Source: an uncultured Bacillales bacterium
Lineage (GTDB): Bacteria; Bacillota_I; Bacilli_A; RF39; UBA660
Length of the DNA stretch: 64,000 nt
Assembly: GCA_946628005.1 (NCBI GenBank)
Contig: CAMOWA010000002.1
Span: 8,733 to 72,732, forward strand
Reading direction: 5' to 3'
Part shown: in pieces, positions 40,520-50,019 of the stretch
Position numbering within the stretch: the stretch's first letter is position 1
Layout: every line of letters starts with the position of its first letter
Notes under the pieces: model-generated
The model's input: the letters and a program-made list of their open reading frames with translations, nothing else
Told to the model about the DNA's origin: nothing
Database searches by the model: none
Made by a program: the position numbers and the translations under genes

Positions 40520-41597
40520 TTATCTTAAAGTCCAAAATATTGTTAATAAAAATCAAAAGTTACTAGCACATATGAAATATAGAGATAAGTTTAATTGGTT
40601 TCCTAAAATAGATGATTTAGAGGATGAGTTTAATATATTAAAAAAAGAGGTAAATAGACGTTATAATGAGTGTAATGAAGCACTTAAAATTTATAATAAG
40701 TTTAGACGGAATTGTAAACATGAAGTAAGAATACATGATTATATTTACGGATTACCTCCTGTTTGGAAAGAGAAAGTTAGTTTCTGTATTTTTTGTGATA
40801 AAAAAATATCTGAAAATTCTCATACAATATGGGATGAGTCTGTTAATATCAATAATCGATTTGTTTCTTTTTTAGATAAATATACGTCTATCGACGAAGA
40901 TGGTATGGGGCATTATGAACGTTTTGTACGTAAGAATGGTTATTCAAAAAATGATATTTTTCACTTAATAGAAAAAATCTATAATGATAAAAATGATGAT
41001 GATGATATCGATTTAATTGAGGCTTTTAGTAAGTTAAATTTACCTGATTGTGAGATTGTTAACAAAAAACTTAAACCAGAATATTATGTTTTGATTATTG
41101 GGGGATATAATACGGAAAAAATTTTTGATAATATAAAAGTGTGTGATACTAGTAAAGTATTAAATTATTTTAACAGGGATTGTACTTATTTTTTTGATTT
41201 TTATAAATATTTTTCATCTCTTTTAAATACTAAAATTCATTTAGTTTATAATGATCTAATTAAAATTGATGATACTAATTCTTATCTTAGTACTTATCGA
41301 GATATAGAACAGCTACAAATTCGTTTAGAACAGGCGGCTTCTTCTTATATTCATTATGATTTAATACTAGATCTATCTAATCTTCATACTTTTAGTTTAA
41401 TTAATAATCAAATATATTCTTCTAATTATGTATTAGATTTAAGAAAATACTTCCCAGATAGTTCTATATTTAAAATAAATCTTATATTTGGTTCTTATTC
41501 AAATGATATAGTTTTATTAAATGATGATGGAAATAATGTTTCTAATGGTTTTGATGAATCTTGTAAGATGCTTAGAAAGGCTTTAAAGAATAAGTAA
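40497..41597 (+). CDS. Hypothetical protein (366 aa) with paralogous C-x-H-E...C-x-x-C module plus a C-terminal domain of about 230 aa
   Basis: SD AAGGAGA 8 nt upstream of ATG 40497. The motif is CKHEVRIHDYIYGLPPVWKEKVSFCIFCDKKI. The gene overlaps the upstream ORF by 23 nt. Confidence 0.55.
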   Translation: MKKRELIDYLKVQNIVNKNQKLLAHMKYRDKFNWFPKIDDLEDEFNILKKEVNRRYNECNEALKIYNKFRRNCKHEVRIHDYIYGLPPVWKEKVSFCIFCDKKISENSHTIWDESVNINNRFVSFLDKYTSIDEDGMGHYERFVRKNGYSKNDIFHLIEKIYNDKNDDDDIDLIEAFSKLNLPDCEIVNKKLKPEYYVLIIGGYNTEKIFDNIKVCDTSKVLNYFNRDCTYFFDFYKYFSSLLNTKIHLVYNDLIKIDDTNSYLSTYRDIEQLQIRLEQAASSYIHYDLILDLSNLHTFSLINNQIYSSNYVLDLRKYFPDSSIFKINLIFGSYSNDIVLLNDDGNNVSNGFDESCKMLRKALKNK

Positions 41598-41599
41598 AT

Positions 41600-41636
41600 T
41601 AAAAAAACTTCTATTTATTTAGAAGTTTATTTTTTC
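41600..41636. terminator. Bidirectional terminator between convergent genes
   Basis: AAACTTCTA (41605-41613) pairs with TAGAAGTTT (41620-41628). It is flanked by an A-run and a T-run. Confidence 0.7.
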
Positions 41637-42169
41637 TTTTTTGTTTTAAAGTATATTTTGGCTTGTTGGAATCTGTTATCTAAGTTTTCTTTAAGATTTG
41701 GAAATAATCTTGGTACAATAATAAATACTAACCAGAAACAATCAATATATTTTCCAGTAAAAAAAGCATGAATAGATAAAAGAATAATTATTAAATAAAA
41801 TAATAAAATACAGACTACTACTATTAAATTTGTAATATTATTTATATTTCTTTTACCATCAAAATCAATATCTTTTCTTTTAATTAATTTATCTGCTTTT
41901 TCTTTGAATTTTTCATATCTTTCTTCTATGTCTTCAAAAGATTTAATTTTATCTTTTGAATGGTAAGTATCTTCTCTATATGTGAATGAATAATCTTCAT
42001 TGATAGTTAGATCTACATTTTTGTAATTATCTATATCTAAATCTAATGAGAATTCTTCTGAAAACATTTTTAATAGCTGATTTCTACATTTATTAGATAT
42101 AAAACTCGATTCGTTTATATATATTTTTAATTCATTATTAATTTTATTTCTTTTTTCTTCTATTTTCAT
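41627..42169 (-). CDS. Hypothetical membrane protein (180 aa, two C-terminal TM helices)
   Basis: SD AGGGTGA. Charged N-terminal half, then LIVVVCILLFYLIIILLSIHAFF and CFWLVFIIVPRLF. Confidence 0.5.
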   Translation of the reverse strand: MKIEEKRNKINNELKIYINESSFISNKCRNQLLKMFSEEFSLDLDIDNYKNVDLTINEDYSFTYREDTYHSKDKIKSFEDIEERYEKFKEKADKLIKRKDIDFDGKRNINNITNLIVVVCILLFYLIIILLSIHAFFTGKYIDCFWLVFIIVPRLFPNLKENLDNRFQQAKIYFKTKKKK

Positions 42170-42179
42170 AGAATCACCC

Positions 42180-42902
42180 TTATTCTTCTTTTAAATTATA
42201 ATATACATCTTGAACATCATCTAAGTCTTCTAAAGCATCAATTAATTTAATTACTTTTTCTTGGCCTTCTTCATCTTGTGATATTTCCATATTTGGTACA
42301 TATGTTAATTCACATTCTAAGAATTCTTTAACTCCAGCATTTTCTAATGCATCACGAACTGATGTAAAGGAGTTTTGATCTGTTGTTATTAGGTAGTTAT
42401 TATCTTGTTTTTCAAAGTCAAGTGCTCCAGCATCAAGAGATGTCATCATCATCTCATCTTCGTCGTATTCACTTGGTATTACAATAGATCCTCTTCTTTC
42501 AAATATATAGCTTACTGATCCATCTGTTCCTAAATTCCCACCATATTTCGTAAATGTGCTTCTTACTTGGGAAGCTGTACGATTTCTATTATCTGTTAAA
42601 CAGTCGACCATTATGGCAACTCCTCCATGACCATATCCCTCGTATCGTACATTTTCATAGTTTGCTCCATCAGAAGAACCTGTTGCTTTCTCTATTGCTT
42701 TTTGTATATTATCTTTTGGCATATTTTGAGCTTTTGCTTTGTCTACAGCCAATCTTAATGCTGCATTTTGATTAGGATCTGGAGAACCACCTTTTGCTGC
42801 TACCATAATTTCTTTTGCTAGTTTTTGAAATATTTTTCCTCTTTGTTGGTCTAATAGTCCTTTTTTTCTATGAATGGTTGCCCATTTTGAATGTCCACTC
42901 AT
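42180..42902 (-). CDS. yebC: YebC/PmpR-family DNA-binding regulator
   Basis: MSGHSKWATIHRKKG..., a highly characteristic sequence; 240 aa. Confidence 0.93.
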   Translation of the reverse strand: MSGHSKWATIHRKKGLLDQQRGKIFQKLAKEIMVAAKGGSPDPNQNAALRLAVDKAKAQNMPKDNIQKAIEKATGSSDGANYENVRYEGYGHGGVAIMVDCLTDNRNRTASQVRSTFTKYGGNLGTDGSVSYIFERRGSIVIPSEYDEDEMMMTSLDAGALDFEKQDNNYLITTDQNSFTSVRDALENAGVKEFLECELTYVPNMEISQDEEGQEKVIKLIDALEDLDDVQDVYYNLKEE

Positions 42903-42995
42903 AGTACACCTCCTTTTCTTTCTTTATTATGATATCATAAAAATGAGTTGAAATATAGCTTTTTTTTGAAACTATTGTTAAAATGAATAAAAGGG

Positions 42996-43328
42996 ATGAT
43001 TATTGTGTTGATAAAATTAAGAGGAAAAAAAATTAATATTATTGAGATGAAGAGTATTAAAGATAAAATTAAGTCTTTAAAATTTGTGTTAGAACCTATT
43101 GATTATGGAATTTTTTTTCAAAATAAGAAAATAATTAATACTTATTTTTTCTGTCAAAGAGTTGATATTTGTTGCTGTGATAAGAATCATAAAATTATTA
43201 AGTTATTTGAAGATTTTCCTAGTGAAAAGATTAGATTTGTAAAAAAATGTTATTATATTTATTATCTTCCTCTAAATACTTGTAAATTTTATGATATTGG
43301 AGAAATTTTTAAAGTAAAAGAACAATAA
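42996..43328 (+). CDS. Small protein, possibly DUF192 family
   Basis: The GIFFQNKK...YFFCQRVDICCCDKNHKII pattern resembles the DUF192 core. The start is uncertain. Confidence 0.4.
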   Translation: MIIVLIKLRGKKINIIEMKSIKDKIKSLKFVLEPIDYGIFFQNKKIINTYFFCQRVDICCCDKNHKIIKLFEDFPSEKIRFVKKCYYIYYLPLNTCKFYDIGEIFKVKEQ

Positions 43329-43330
43329 TT

Positions 43331-44143
43331 TTATTGTTCTTTATTCATATCTTTATATATTAAAGTCTTTTCAATTACCATTTTTACACTATTATCATTA
43401 AATGGTTTTTCTAACATATCTACTATGTCATATGTAAATGCTTTATCAATTGTTTCTTTTGAAGAATCTCCTGATATAATAGATACTGGCATTTTATGAA
43501 ATAGTTTATTATCTCTCATAAAATCTAATACTGCGAAGCCGTCAACTTTTGGCATATTTAAATCTAATAATATTGTTTCGATATTATTATTATTTAAGTT
43601 TGCTTTAATAATATTTATTGCTTCTTCTCCGTTTTCTGCTGTTCCTACGTTATATTTTTCACTAAATATTCTTTTTACAAAGTTTCTAATAATATTTGAA
43701 TCATCTACTACTAATATCGTTTTTTGTGTATATTGTTCTATACTATTTGTATTTTTTTCTTTTTCTTGTTGTTCTGAGCCATTATCATCTTTCATATATT
43801 CTTGAATTAATATTATTGCTTTATTTGTTTCTTTAATTAAGTCATTGATATGACTTGCTATAAACGAGTAATCTCCTGCTTTACTTTTCATTTCATGCTC
43901 GTATGCCATATCTCCTAAGGCAGTAAATCCAAAGTATCTTGCATCACTTTTCATAGAATGTACTGTAATTGCATAATTTGATAAGTCTCTATCTTTCATG
44001 AATTTAATTAATTGATTGATCTTTGTATGAATTCCTACTAATAGTTCTCCTATTGTTTCATTATATGTTGCACTATCTCCAAATAATTCTAGACTTTTAT
44101 CTACATCTACACCATTTTCTTTTAAAAAATTTAAACTTTTCAT
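43331..44143 (-). CDS. Hpt-REC phosphorelay protein (N-terminal histidine phosphotransfer domain, C-terminal receiver, no output domain)
   Basis: Hpt motif VHSMKSDARYFG. REC motifs ILVVDDS, LLDLNMPKVDG, SIISG and EKPF. Confidence 0.8.
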   Translation of the reverse strand: MKSLNFLKENGVDVDKSLELFGDSATYNETIGELLVGIHTKINQLIKFMKDRDLSNYAITVHSMKSDARYFGFTALGDMAYEHEMKSKAGDYSFIASHINDLIKETNKAIILIQEYMKDDNGSEQQEKEKNTNSIEQYTQKTILVVDDSNIIRNFVKRIFSEKYNVGTAENGEEAINIIKANLNNNNIETILLDLNMPKVDGFAVLDFMRDNKLFHKMPVSIISGDSSKETIDKAFTYDIVDMLEKPFNDNSVKMVIEKTLIYKDMNKEQ

Positions 44144-44160
44144 ATCACACCTCTATTATT

Positions 44161-44892
44161 TTAATTATATCTTATATTTTTTGGAAATTCAATTATATTA
44201 TTTTGTTTTTTTCTAATGTAAGTTTTGCTAATTAGAACTGGATATGGATTAGAATAATTATTTAGGTTTTCTATAATTAATGGTAACCTATTTGCTTTTT
44301 TTAATTTATTATTTGTTTGTAATATTATAGCGTGTATCCATTCATCTGAACATGTATAAAAGTCATCTTCGTCTCCATGTAAGCCTCCGTCACATAATCC
44401 TACTATAAAATCTAGATTGTTATTTATAGCATAATCTATTGCTATTTCTGCTGATTTTTTTGCCATAAAACTAATTATTAAATTATAATTATCGGTGTTT
44501 GTTTTTTGTTTAAATACTTTTCTTTTTATTCTTAAGTTTTTACTATTTTTAATTGTTTTATATATTGAAGGGTCATATACCGTGATTTTTCCTGTTGTTA
44601 GTTTTTTTGATATTCTTATAGCAAGTCTTGGATTAAATCCCTCCCCTATTTCAAGGATTCTTTTTTCTTTATAGTTCATTTTTTCTAGTAGTTTTATAAA
44701 ACCAAGATATATATTATTTTTATCTGGGATTACTTCACAGTAATCAAATATTTGTAAAATTTCTATAGGTAGAAGAATATTCTTTTTGTTATAATAGTAT
44801 TTTAAATAATTTAATATATATATTTTTTCATTTTCAGTAAAATGACTTGAGTATTTATAAAAATATTTTTTAATTTTTTCTATATCTGTCAT
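44161..44892 (-). CDS. Hypothetical protein with class I methyltransferase-like Rossmann motifs
   Basis: ILEIGEGFNPRLA (motif I-like) followed by ITVYDPS. The start is taken at ATG 44892 (GGAG 8 nt upstream). Confidence 0.4.
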   Translation of the reverse strand: MTDIEKIKKYFYKYSSHFTENEKIYILNYLKYYYNKKNILLPIEILQIFDYCEVIPDKNNIYLGFIKLLEKMNYKEKRILEIGEGFNPRLAIRISKKLTTGKITVYDPSIYKTIKNSKNLRIKRKVFKQKTNTDNYNLIISFMAKKSAEIAIDYAINNNLDFIVGLCDGGLHGDEDDFYTCSDEWIHAIILQTNNKLKKANRLPLIIENLNNYSNPYPVLISKTYIRKKQNNIIEFPKNIRYN

Positions 44893-45592
44893 TTTCCTCA
44901 CTCCATTTTATTTTTATTAGAATTGGATAATGATCACTTATTGGTATTTCTTTTATTAATTTTTTTTCTACTAAATCAAAATCATTAGAAATAAATATAT
45001 GGTCTATAGCTCGATGGTATTTTGAATTTTTCCATGTTTTTTCTTTTATATCAAAGTGTATTATACCCTTTTCTTTTAATTTATTTTTAAATTCTTTAAA
45101 TAGTGGATGGTTGTTTTTTAAATTAAAATCTCCTGTTAATATGATTGGATTTTTGTCTTTTGATATTATTTTTAATATTTTTTTTAATTGACGATGTTTT
45201 GCTAATTCTGATAAATAATCAATATGAGTATTATAAATTGATACATCTTTACCTTCTATTTTTACTATTTCTTTTGTTAATACTCTTCTTAATAGAGATG
45301 GTAGAAATGGTAGGTTATATGTTTTCTTTTTTATTACTTCATATTTTGTTATTATTGGGCATCTTTCATTTATTTTTTTAAATATTATTGGTATATGAAA
45401 CCTATATTTTCCATAATTATAATAGTGAATATTATTTAGTTTATTTATAAGAGATTTATCAATGTATTTTGATAATTCTTGTAGATTTAAGATATCTATA
45501 TTATATTTATTTATAAAATTCAATATTGAGTTAATTTTTATTTCTGAATATATTCTATCATTTTGTATATTAAATGTTGCTACAGTAATCAT
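44870..45592 (-). CDS. Endonuclease/exonuclease/phosphatase (EEP) family protein
   Basis: ITVATFNIQN at the N-terminus, LTGDFN, IDHIF and SDHYPI at the C-terminus. Confidence 0.75.
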   Translation of the reverse strand: MITVATFNIQNDRIYSEIKINSILNFINKYNIDILNLQELSKYIDKSLINKLNNIHYYNYGKYRFHIPIIFKKINERCPIITKYEVIKKKTYNLPFLPSLLRRVLTKEIVKIEGKDVSIYNTHIDYLSELAKHRQLKKILKIISKDKNPIILTGDFNLKNNHPLFKEFKNKLKEKGIIHFDIKEKTWKNSKYHRAIDHIFISNDFDLVEKKLIKEIPISDHYPILIKIKWSEENDRYRKN

Positions 45593-46869
45593 TAATCTTT
45601 AAAATCAAAGTAAAAATCTAATATTCTTACTTGGTCTCCTTCTTCTGCTCCTAGTTCTTTTAGTTTATCATCTATACCCATTTTTCTTAGTTTTTTGGCA
45701 AAACGATAGATAGCTTCATCAGATGTAAATTTTGTTCTCTTAAATATTTTTTCTATTTCATTTCCATATATATGCCATAATCCTTCTTCTTCTTTTTCTA
45801 TAATATATGGTTCTTCTTTTTTAAATTTGTAAAGAACATGTGATTCTATTTGTGATTCGTCATATAAAGGATTAAATGGTATTTTTTCTAACATGTCTGA
45901 TAAATGATCTATTACTTTTTGTAATCCTTTGTTTGATAAGGCACTTACTTCAAATATATCTATATTTTTTACTTTTTTCTTAAATTCTTCTAAATTATCT
46001 TTAGCACCTTCTATATCCATTTTATTTGCTATTATTATTTGTGGTTTTTCTAATAGTTTTGTATTAAATTCTTTTAATTCTTTATTAATTAATAAGTAAT
46101 CTTCATATGGATTTCTTCCTTCAAAACCACTCATATCAATTACATGGGCTATTACTCTTGTTCTTTCTATATGTTTTAAAAATTTATCTCCTAATCCTTC
46201 TCCTTTTGAGGCATTTTCTATTAATCCTGGAAGATCGGCCATAACAAAGCTTTTTCCTGAAGATGATTTAACTACTCCTAGATTTGGGCTTAATGTTGTA
46301 AAATGATAAGCTGCTATTTTAGGACGTGATGCAGAAACACATGAAATTATAGTACTTTTTCCGACACTTGGAAGTCCTACTAAACCAACATCTGCTAGTA
46401 GTTTTAGCTCTACTTTTAGTGTTTTAATCTCTCCTTCTTCTCCGTTTTCAGAATAATTTGGAGCTGGATTATTTTGGGTTTTGAAAGCAGTATTTCCTCT
46501 TCCACCTTTTCCACCTTTAGCAATTATTTCTTCTTGATTTTTTTTGGATAAGTCTGCTATTATTAAACCTGTTTCAGTATCTGTTACTACGGTTCCTTGT
46601 GGGACTTTTATAATTAGTGGATCTGCCCCTTTTCCATGTTGATTTTTTCCCCTTCCGTTTTCTCCATTTTTTGCTTTAATTAATTTTTGATATCTTAAGT
46701 CTAATAGTGTATGAAGTCCTTCATCTACTTTAAAAATGATGTCTGCTCCATGGCCACCATTGCCTCCGTATGGGCCACCCATTTCAATGTATTTTTCTCT
46801 TCTAAAGGCACAGCACCCATCTCCGCCTTTTCCTGCTTCTACTTTTATTATTACTTCATCTACGAACAT
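45592..46869 (-). CDS. obg: GTPase Obg
   Basis: MFVDEVIIKVEAGKGGDGCCAFRREKY, Gly-rich Obg fold, G1 GLPSVGKST, G3 DLPG, G4 NKMD, and a C-terminal OCT domain. Confidence 0.95.
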   Translation of the reverse strand: MFVDEVIIKVEAGKGGDGCCAFRREKYIEMGGPYGGNGGHGADIIFKVDEGLHTLLDLRYQKLIKAKNGENGRGKNQHGKGADPLIIKVPQGTVVTDTETGLIIADLSKKNQEEIIAKGGKGGRGNTAFKTQNNPAPNYSENGEEGEIKTLKVELKLLADVGLVGLPSVGKSTIISCVSASRPKIAAYHFTTLSPNLGVVKSSSGKSFVMADLPGLIENASKGEGLGDKFLKHIERTRVIAHVIDMSGFEGRNPYEDYLLINKELKEFNTKLLEKPQIIIANKMDIEGAKDNLEEFKKKVKNIDIFEVSALSNKGLQKVIDHLSDMLEKIPFNPLYDESQIESHVLYKFKKEEPYIIEKEEEGLWHIYGNEIEKIFKRTKFTSDEAIYRFAKKLRKMGIDDKLKELGAEEGDQVRILDFYFDFKD

Positions 46870-46884
46870 ATTCTACACCTCCTG

Positions 46885-48615
46885 TTAAGTTGTTTGAACA
46901 AACGTTTGTTGTTGCGTTTGTTGATTTTGCATTGCTTGAGTTAATCTATTCTTATTAATCATACGTCTAGCAGCACCCTTAACTGTTACTTTAGCATTAT
47001 TTAATTTATTACATATATTATGATTAAATTTTGCTTTATTTTGATATCTATTAGCTTGAAATTCATAAAAAGATGCTTTTAATTCATTAAACATACCATT
47101 AATAGCTCTTTCACTTGCTGCTAATTGCTTATAATCATCAGAATAATCTTTATATACTTCTTCTTTTGCTTCAAAATGTCTATTAATTAAGTATTTCTTT
47201 AGTTCTATAAATAGTTTTGGAGCCATTATCTTCTTCTGTACATTAACTATTTTAACTCTTGATTTTTGTAATTTACTTATTTTTTTATTTCTAACACTAA
47301 TTCTCTTATCAATAATATTTTTATGAAACTTAGATTTTATTTGTTCCTTATATTTTTTTAATTCTTCTATTTCTTTTTTTAACTTAATTACACTATCATT
47401 CTTTTTATTATATTTACTATCTAATTTTTCTAATAATGGATTATTTTTATAATCAACCTTAAGACTTTCCAATCTTTCTATCTCTTTTTCAAATGCTTTT
47501 ATTTTAACATCATAATGAGTAGCTAAAAGACCCAATTTAGGTTTCTTATTCTCATAATCATTCTTTTTAGATTTAAGTTTAGCAATAGAATTATTAAGTA
47601 CTTCTTCATATGTACTAACATGTTGGTTACTAAATTCTATAAGTTCTTCTTTTGATAAATCTTTTCTAAGTCTTTCTTTTAAATTATCATTTGTAACATT
47701 TAGTAATAATTGGTTAATATCATTTATTTTAGATAAATTATTTTTATTTTTATTAATCATTTCAAGAACTATATTATAATATTTATCTCTTATTCTAACA
47801 TCTAATCCATCATAATTTTGGTCTAAATAATTAAATATAGTGTCTAATTCATTATCCTTTATTTCTATATTAATATTATTTATTTCAACTAATTTAGGGC
47901 TTAAATCATGTCTTAAAATATAATTACTTGGATTTATACTATTAATAATACTTTCTACTTCAGTTTTATTTACATCATCTTGATATAATCTATTTATATT
48001 ATCTTCAGCTAATTTTATATAAATTTTATATTCTTCATCATCTAAAGTATTTCCTTCTAATAATTTAATTACTTCATGTAATTCAGATGTAGTTAATTTA
48101 GTTTTATTATTTACTATAACTGTTTTAGTAGTATTAGGCCCCATTGTATTAATATCATTAGCTATATTATTAAATTCATCTATTTTATCTTGTTCTAATT
48201 TATAATAATCCAAACTAGGATTGGCCATTTCTATTCCTTCTAATTCTTCTACTGATTTACCATTACTTGAACTTAATATTTCAGCTAATTGTTTTCTTTT
48301 CTTATATCTTTGCAATTGCCCATTAGGTAATTTTGCTACTAAATCATTAAAATTAGTTACTTGTTCTGGAGTTAAATTAAAATTATTAATATCTTCTTCT
48401 TCAATACCCATAAAGTCAGAATTAATATATTTTTCATCTTTATCTAATCCCAATATACTAGCTATTTCATATCTTATAAATAATGCTTTTAAATAATTAA
48501 TTTCATTTTGTAGATTATCTATTCTAGTTTGATTATTTGGTTGATTAGTCTTAATATCATTTAACTCATTTTCCCTTATTTTTAATAGTATTTCAGCTAA
48601 TTTTATATAGAACAT
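46885..48615 (-). CDS. Hypothetical coiled-coil protein (576 aa)
   Basis: SD AGGGGG 7 nt upstream of ATG 48615. Predominantly helical and charged with a Q-rich C-terminus. It occupies the position of spo0B in the Bacillus rpmA-spo0B-obg arrangement. Confidence 0.6.
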   Translation of the reverse strand: MFYIKLAEILLKIRENELNDIKTNQPNNQTRIDNLQNEINYLKALFIRYEIASILGLDKDEKYINSDFMGIEEEDINNFNLTPEQVTNFNDLVAKLPNGQLQRYKKRKQLAEILSSSNGKSVEELEGIEMANPSLDYYKLEQDKIDEFNNIANDINTMGPNTTKTVIVNNKTKLTTSELHEVIKLLEGNTLDDEEYKIYIKLAEDNINRLYQDDVNKTEVESIINSINPSNYILRHDLSPKLVEINNINIEIKDNELDTIFNYLDQNYDGLDVRIRDKYYNIVLEMINKNKNNLSKINDINQLLLNVTNDNLKERLRKDLSKEELIEFSNQHVSTYEEVLNNSIAKLKSKKNDYENKKPKLGLLATHYDVKIKAFEKEIERLESLKVDYKNNPLLEKLDSKYNKKNDSVIKLKKEIEELKKYKEQIKSKFHKNIIDKRISVRNKKISKLQKSRVKIVNVQKKIMAPKLFIELKKYLINRHFEAKEEVYKDYSDDYKQLAASERAINGMFNELKASFYEFQANRYQNKAKFNHNICNKLNNAKVTVKGAARRMINKNRLTQAMQNQQTQQQTFVQTT

Positions 48616-48625
48616 AGTATACCCC

Positions 48626-48901
48626 CTATTCATTAGTTAATAAATCTATTTCTTTATCAATCATCTCATCAACTTTTTTCTCTTCTTCGGAATCAGTTAT
48701 TGCTTCAAATTGATATTCATCATTTGAAATTTGATTTACTATTGAAACATAGATAACTATATTATTATCAACTTCTTCATTCTTAGTATATAATACATAT
48801 TCATGATTATATTCTTCTAATTGAAAAAAATCTATTACTTCAACTTCTTCCAATATACCATTTTCATTATAAACTTTTATTTTATTATGCATACCATTCA
48901 C
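48626..48901 (-). CDS. DUF1292-like small acidic protein
   Basis: The VYNENGILEEVEVIDFFQLEEYNHEYVLYTKNEE pattern is typical of DUF1292. Confidence 0.55.
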   Translation of the reverse strand: MNGMHNKIKVYNENGILEEVEVIDFFQLEEYNHEYVLYTKNEEVDNNIVIYVSIVNQISNDEYQFEAITDSEEEKKVDEMIDKEIDLLTNE

Positions 48902-48975
48902 ATCCCATAGATATATTATACTATAAATTAATTATCATTACTAACATTTAATTCTTATTCATAGATTTCCTTTAC

Positions 48976-49006
48976 GTAAAAAAAGAACCTAATGGTTCTT
49001 TTTTAA
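48976..49006 (-). terminator. Rho-independent terminator after rpmA
   Basis: AAAAGAACC (48981-48989) pairs with GGTTCTTTT (48994-49002). It is flanked by A- and T-runs. Confidence 0.7.
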
Positions 49007-49010
49007 TCTC

Positions 49011-49301
49011 TTATTCTCCTACTGGATATACACAAGCTTGTTTTTTGTCTCTTCCTAGTCTTTCATATTTTACTATACCATCAATTACTGAAAAGATTGT
49101 ATCGTCATTTCCTCTTCTAGTATTTTTTCCAGGAAATATTCTTGTTCCTCTTTGACGATATATAATTGAACCAGCTGTTACGAATTCACCATCAGCTGCT
49201 TTAGCTCCAAGTCTACGTCCTGCAGAATCACGACCATTAGATGTTGATCCTTGCCCTTTATGGTGAGCAAATAACTGTATATCTAATTTTAATAAATTCA
49301 T
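49011..49301 (-). CDS. rpmA: 50S ribosomal protein L27 with N-terminal Prp-cleavable propeptide
   Basis: [11 protein letters not shown]|[15 protein letters not shown]...; SD AAGGAGG 6 nt upstream of ATG 49301. The mature part aligns with E. coli AHKKAGGSTRNGRDS. Confidence 0.93.
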   Translation of the reverse strand: MNLLKLDIQLFAHHKGQGSTSNGRDSAGRRLGAKAADGEFVTAGSIIYRQRGTRIFPGKNTRRGNDDTIFSVIDGIVKYERLGRDKKQACVYPVGE

Positions 49302-49312
49302 AGTCATCCTCC

Positions 49313-49615
49313 TTATTTTACTTCAATGTTATTGGGATAGTTCCCTGATAGTTCTTTTAATAGTTTTATCATATTTTTTATAAGTAATTGTGTTGTTCTA
49401 TCTTCTGATTTAACATCGATTGTCATTCCTTTTTTGCTTACCATATAACTAATATTATTATTATCTATTGAAAGAATTCCATTTACAGTAGTTGTTACAA
49501 TACTACTACATGCACTACAAACAATATCTTTTCCATAGTCATCATACATTGCATGTCCGATAATTTTTATCTTTTTATATTTTGCATTTTCTTTTTCTAC
49601 TCTTACTTGAATCAT
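49313..49615 (-). CDS. prp: Ribosomal-processing cysteine protease Prp (YsxB family)
   Basis: 100 aa, located between rplU and rpmA. His/Cys dyad contexts IIGHAMY and DIVCSACSS. Confidence 0.88.
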   Translation of the reverse strand: MIQVRVEKENAKYKKIKIIGHAMYDDYGKDIVCSACSSIVTTTVNGILSIDNNNISYMVSKKGMTIDVKSEDRTTQLLIKNMIKLLKELSGNYPNNIEVK

Positions 49616-49617
49616 AT

Positions 49618-49920
49618 TTATCCATTAATTTTAGTAATTTTTATTTTTGTATATGGTTGTCTGTGTCCATGAGTTACACGATTTGAACGATCTTTGCTTT
49701 TGTATTTAAATACTCTAATTTTTTTGCTCTTACCTTGTTTTATAACTTCTCCAGTAACAGTAACATTAGTAAGATAAGGATTTCCAACTTTTGAGTCAAG
49801 CATTAATACTTGATTAAAAGTAACAGTATCACCTGCTTCACAATTTATTTTTTCAACATAAATTTCAGCACCTTCTGTAACGTGATATTGTTTTCCCCCA
49901 ACTTTAATTACAGCGTTCAT
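49618..49920 (-). CDS. rplU: 50S ribosomal protein L21
   Basis: MNAVIKVGGKQYHVTEG..., HGHRQPYTKIKI. Confidence 0.95.
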   Translation of the reverse strand: MNAVIKVGGKQYHVTEGAEIYVEKINCEAGDTVTFNQVLMLDSKVGNPYLTNVTVTGEVIKQGKSKKIRVFKYKSKDRSNRVTHGHRQPYTKIKITKING

Positions 49921-50018
49921 ATTTTACCTCCTTTTTTTAACTTAAGACTCGCTCTTAAGGTACATATGTATGTTTTTACCTTTTCAATGCGGTTTGAGCA
50001 TGAGGCTTCAAACAGTAC
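49921..50018 (-). promoter_or_regulatory. Structured 5' leader of the rplU-prp-rpmA operon (candidate L21-leader-type element)
   Basis: Locally G+C-enriched. Minus-strand hairpins are GTTTGA-AGCCTCATGC-TCAAAC, GGTA...TACC, and CTTAAGA-GCGAG-TCTTAAG immediately before the SD. Confidence 0.4.
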
Positions 50019-50019
50019 G

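Noticed and set aside
49921-50018. T-box or metabolite riboswitch upstream of rplU
   Set aside because: It is too short (about 95 nt) and has no specifier, T-box or recognisable riboswitch core. A ribosomal-protein leader is the more economical reading.
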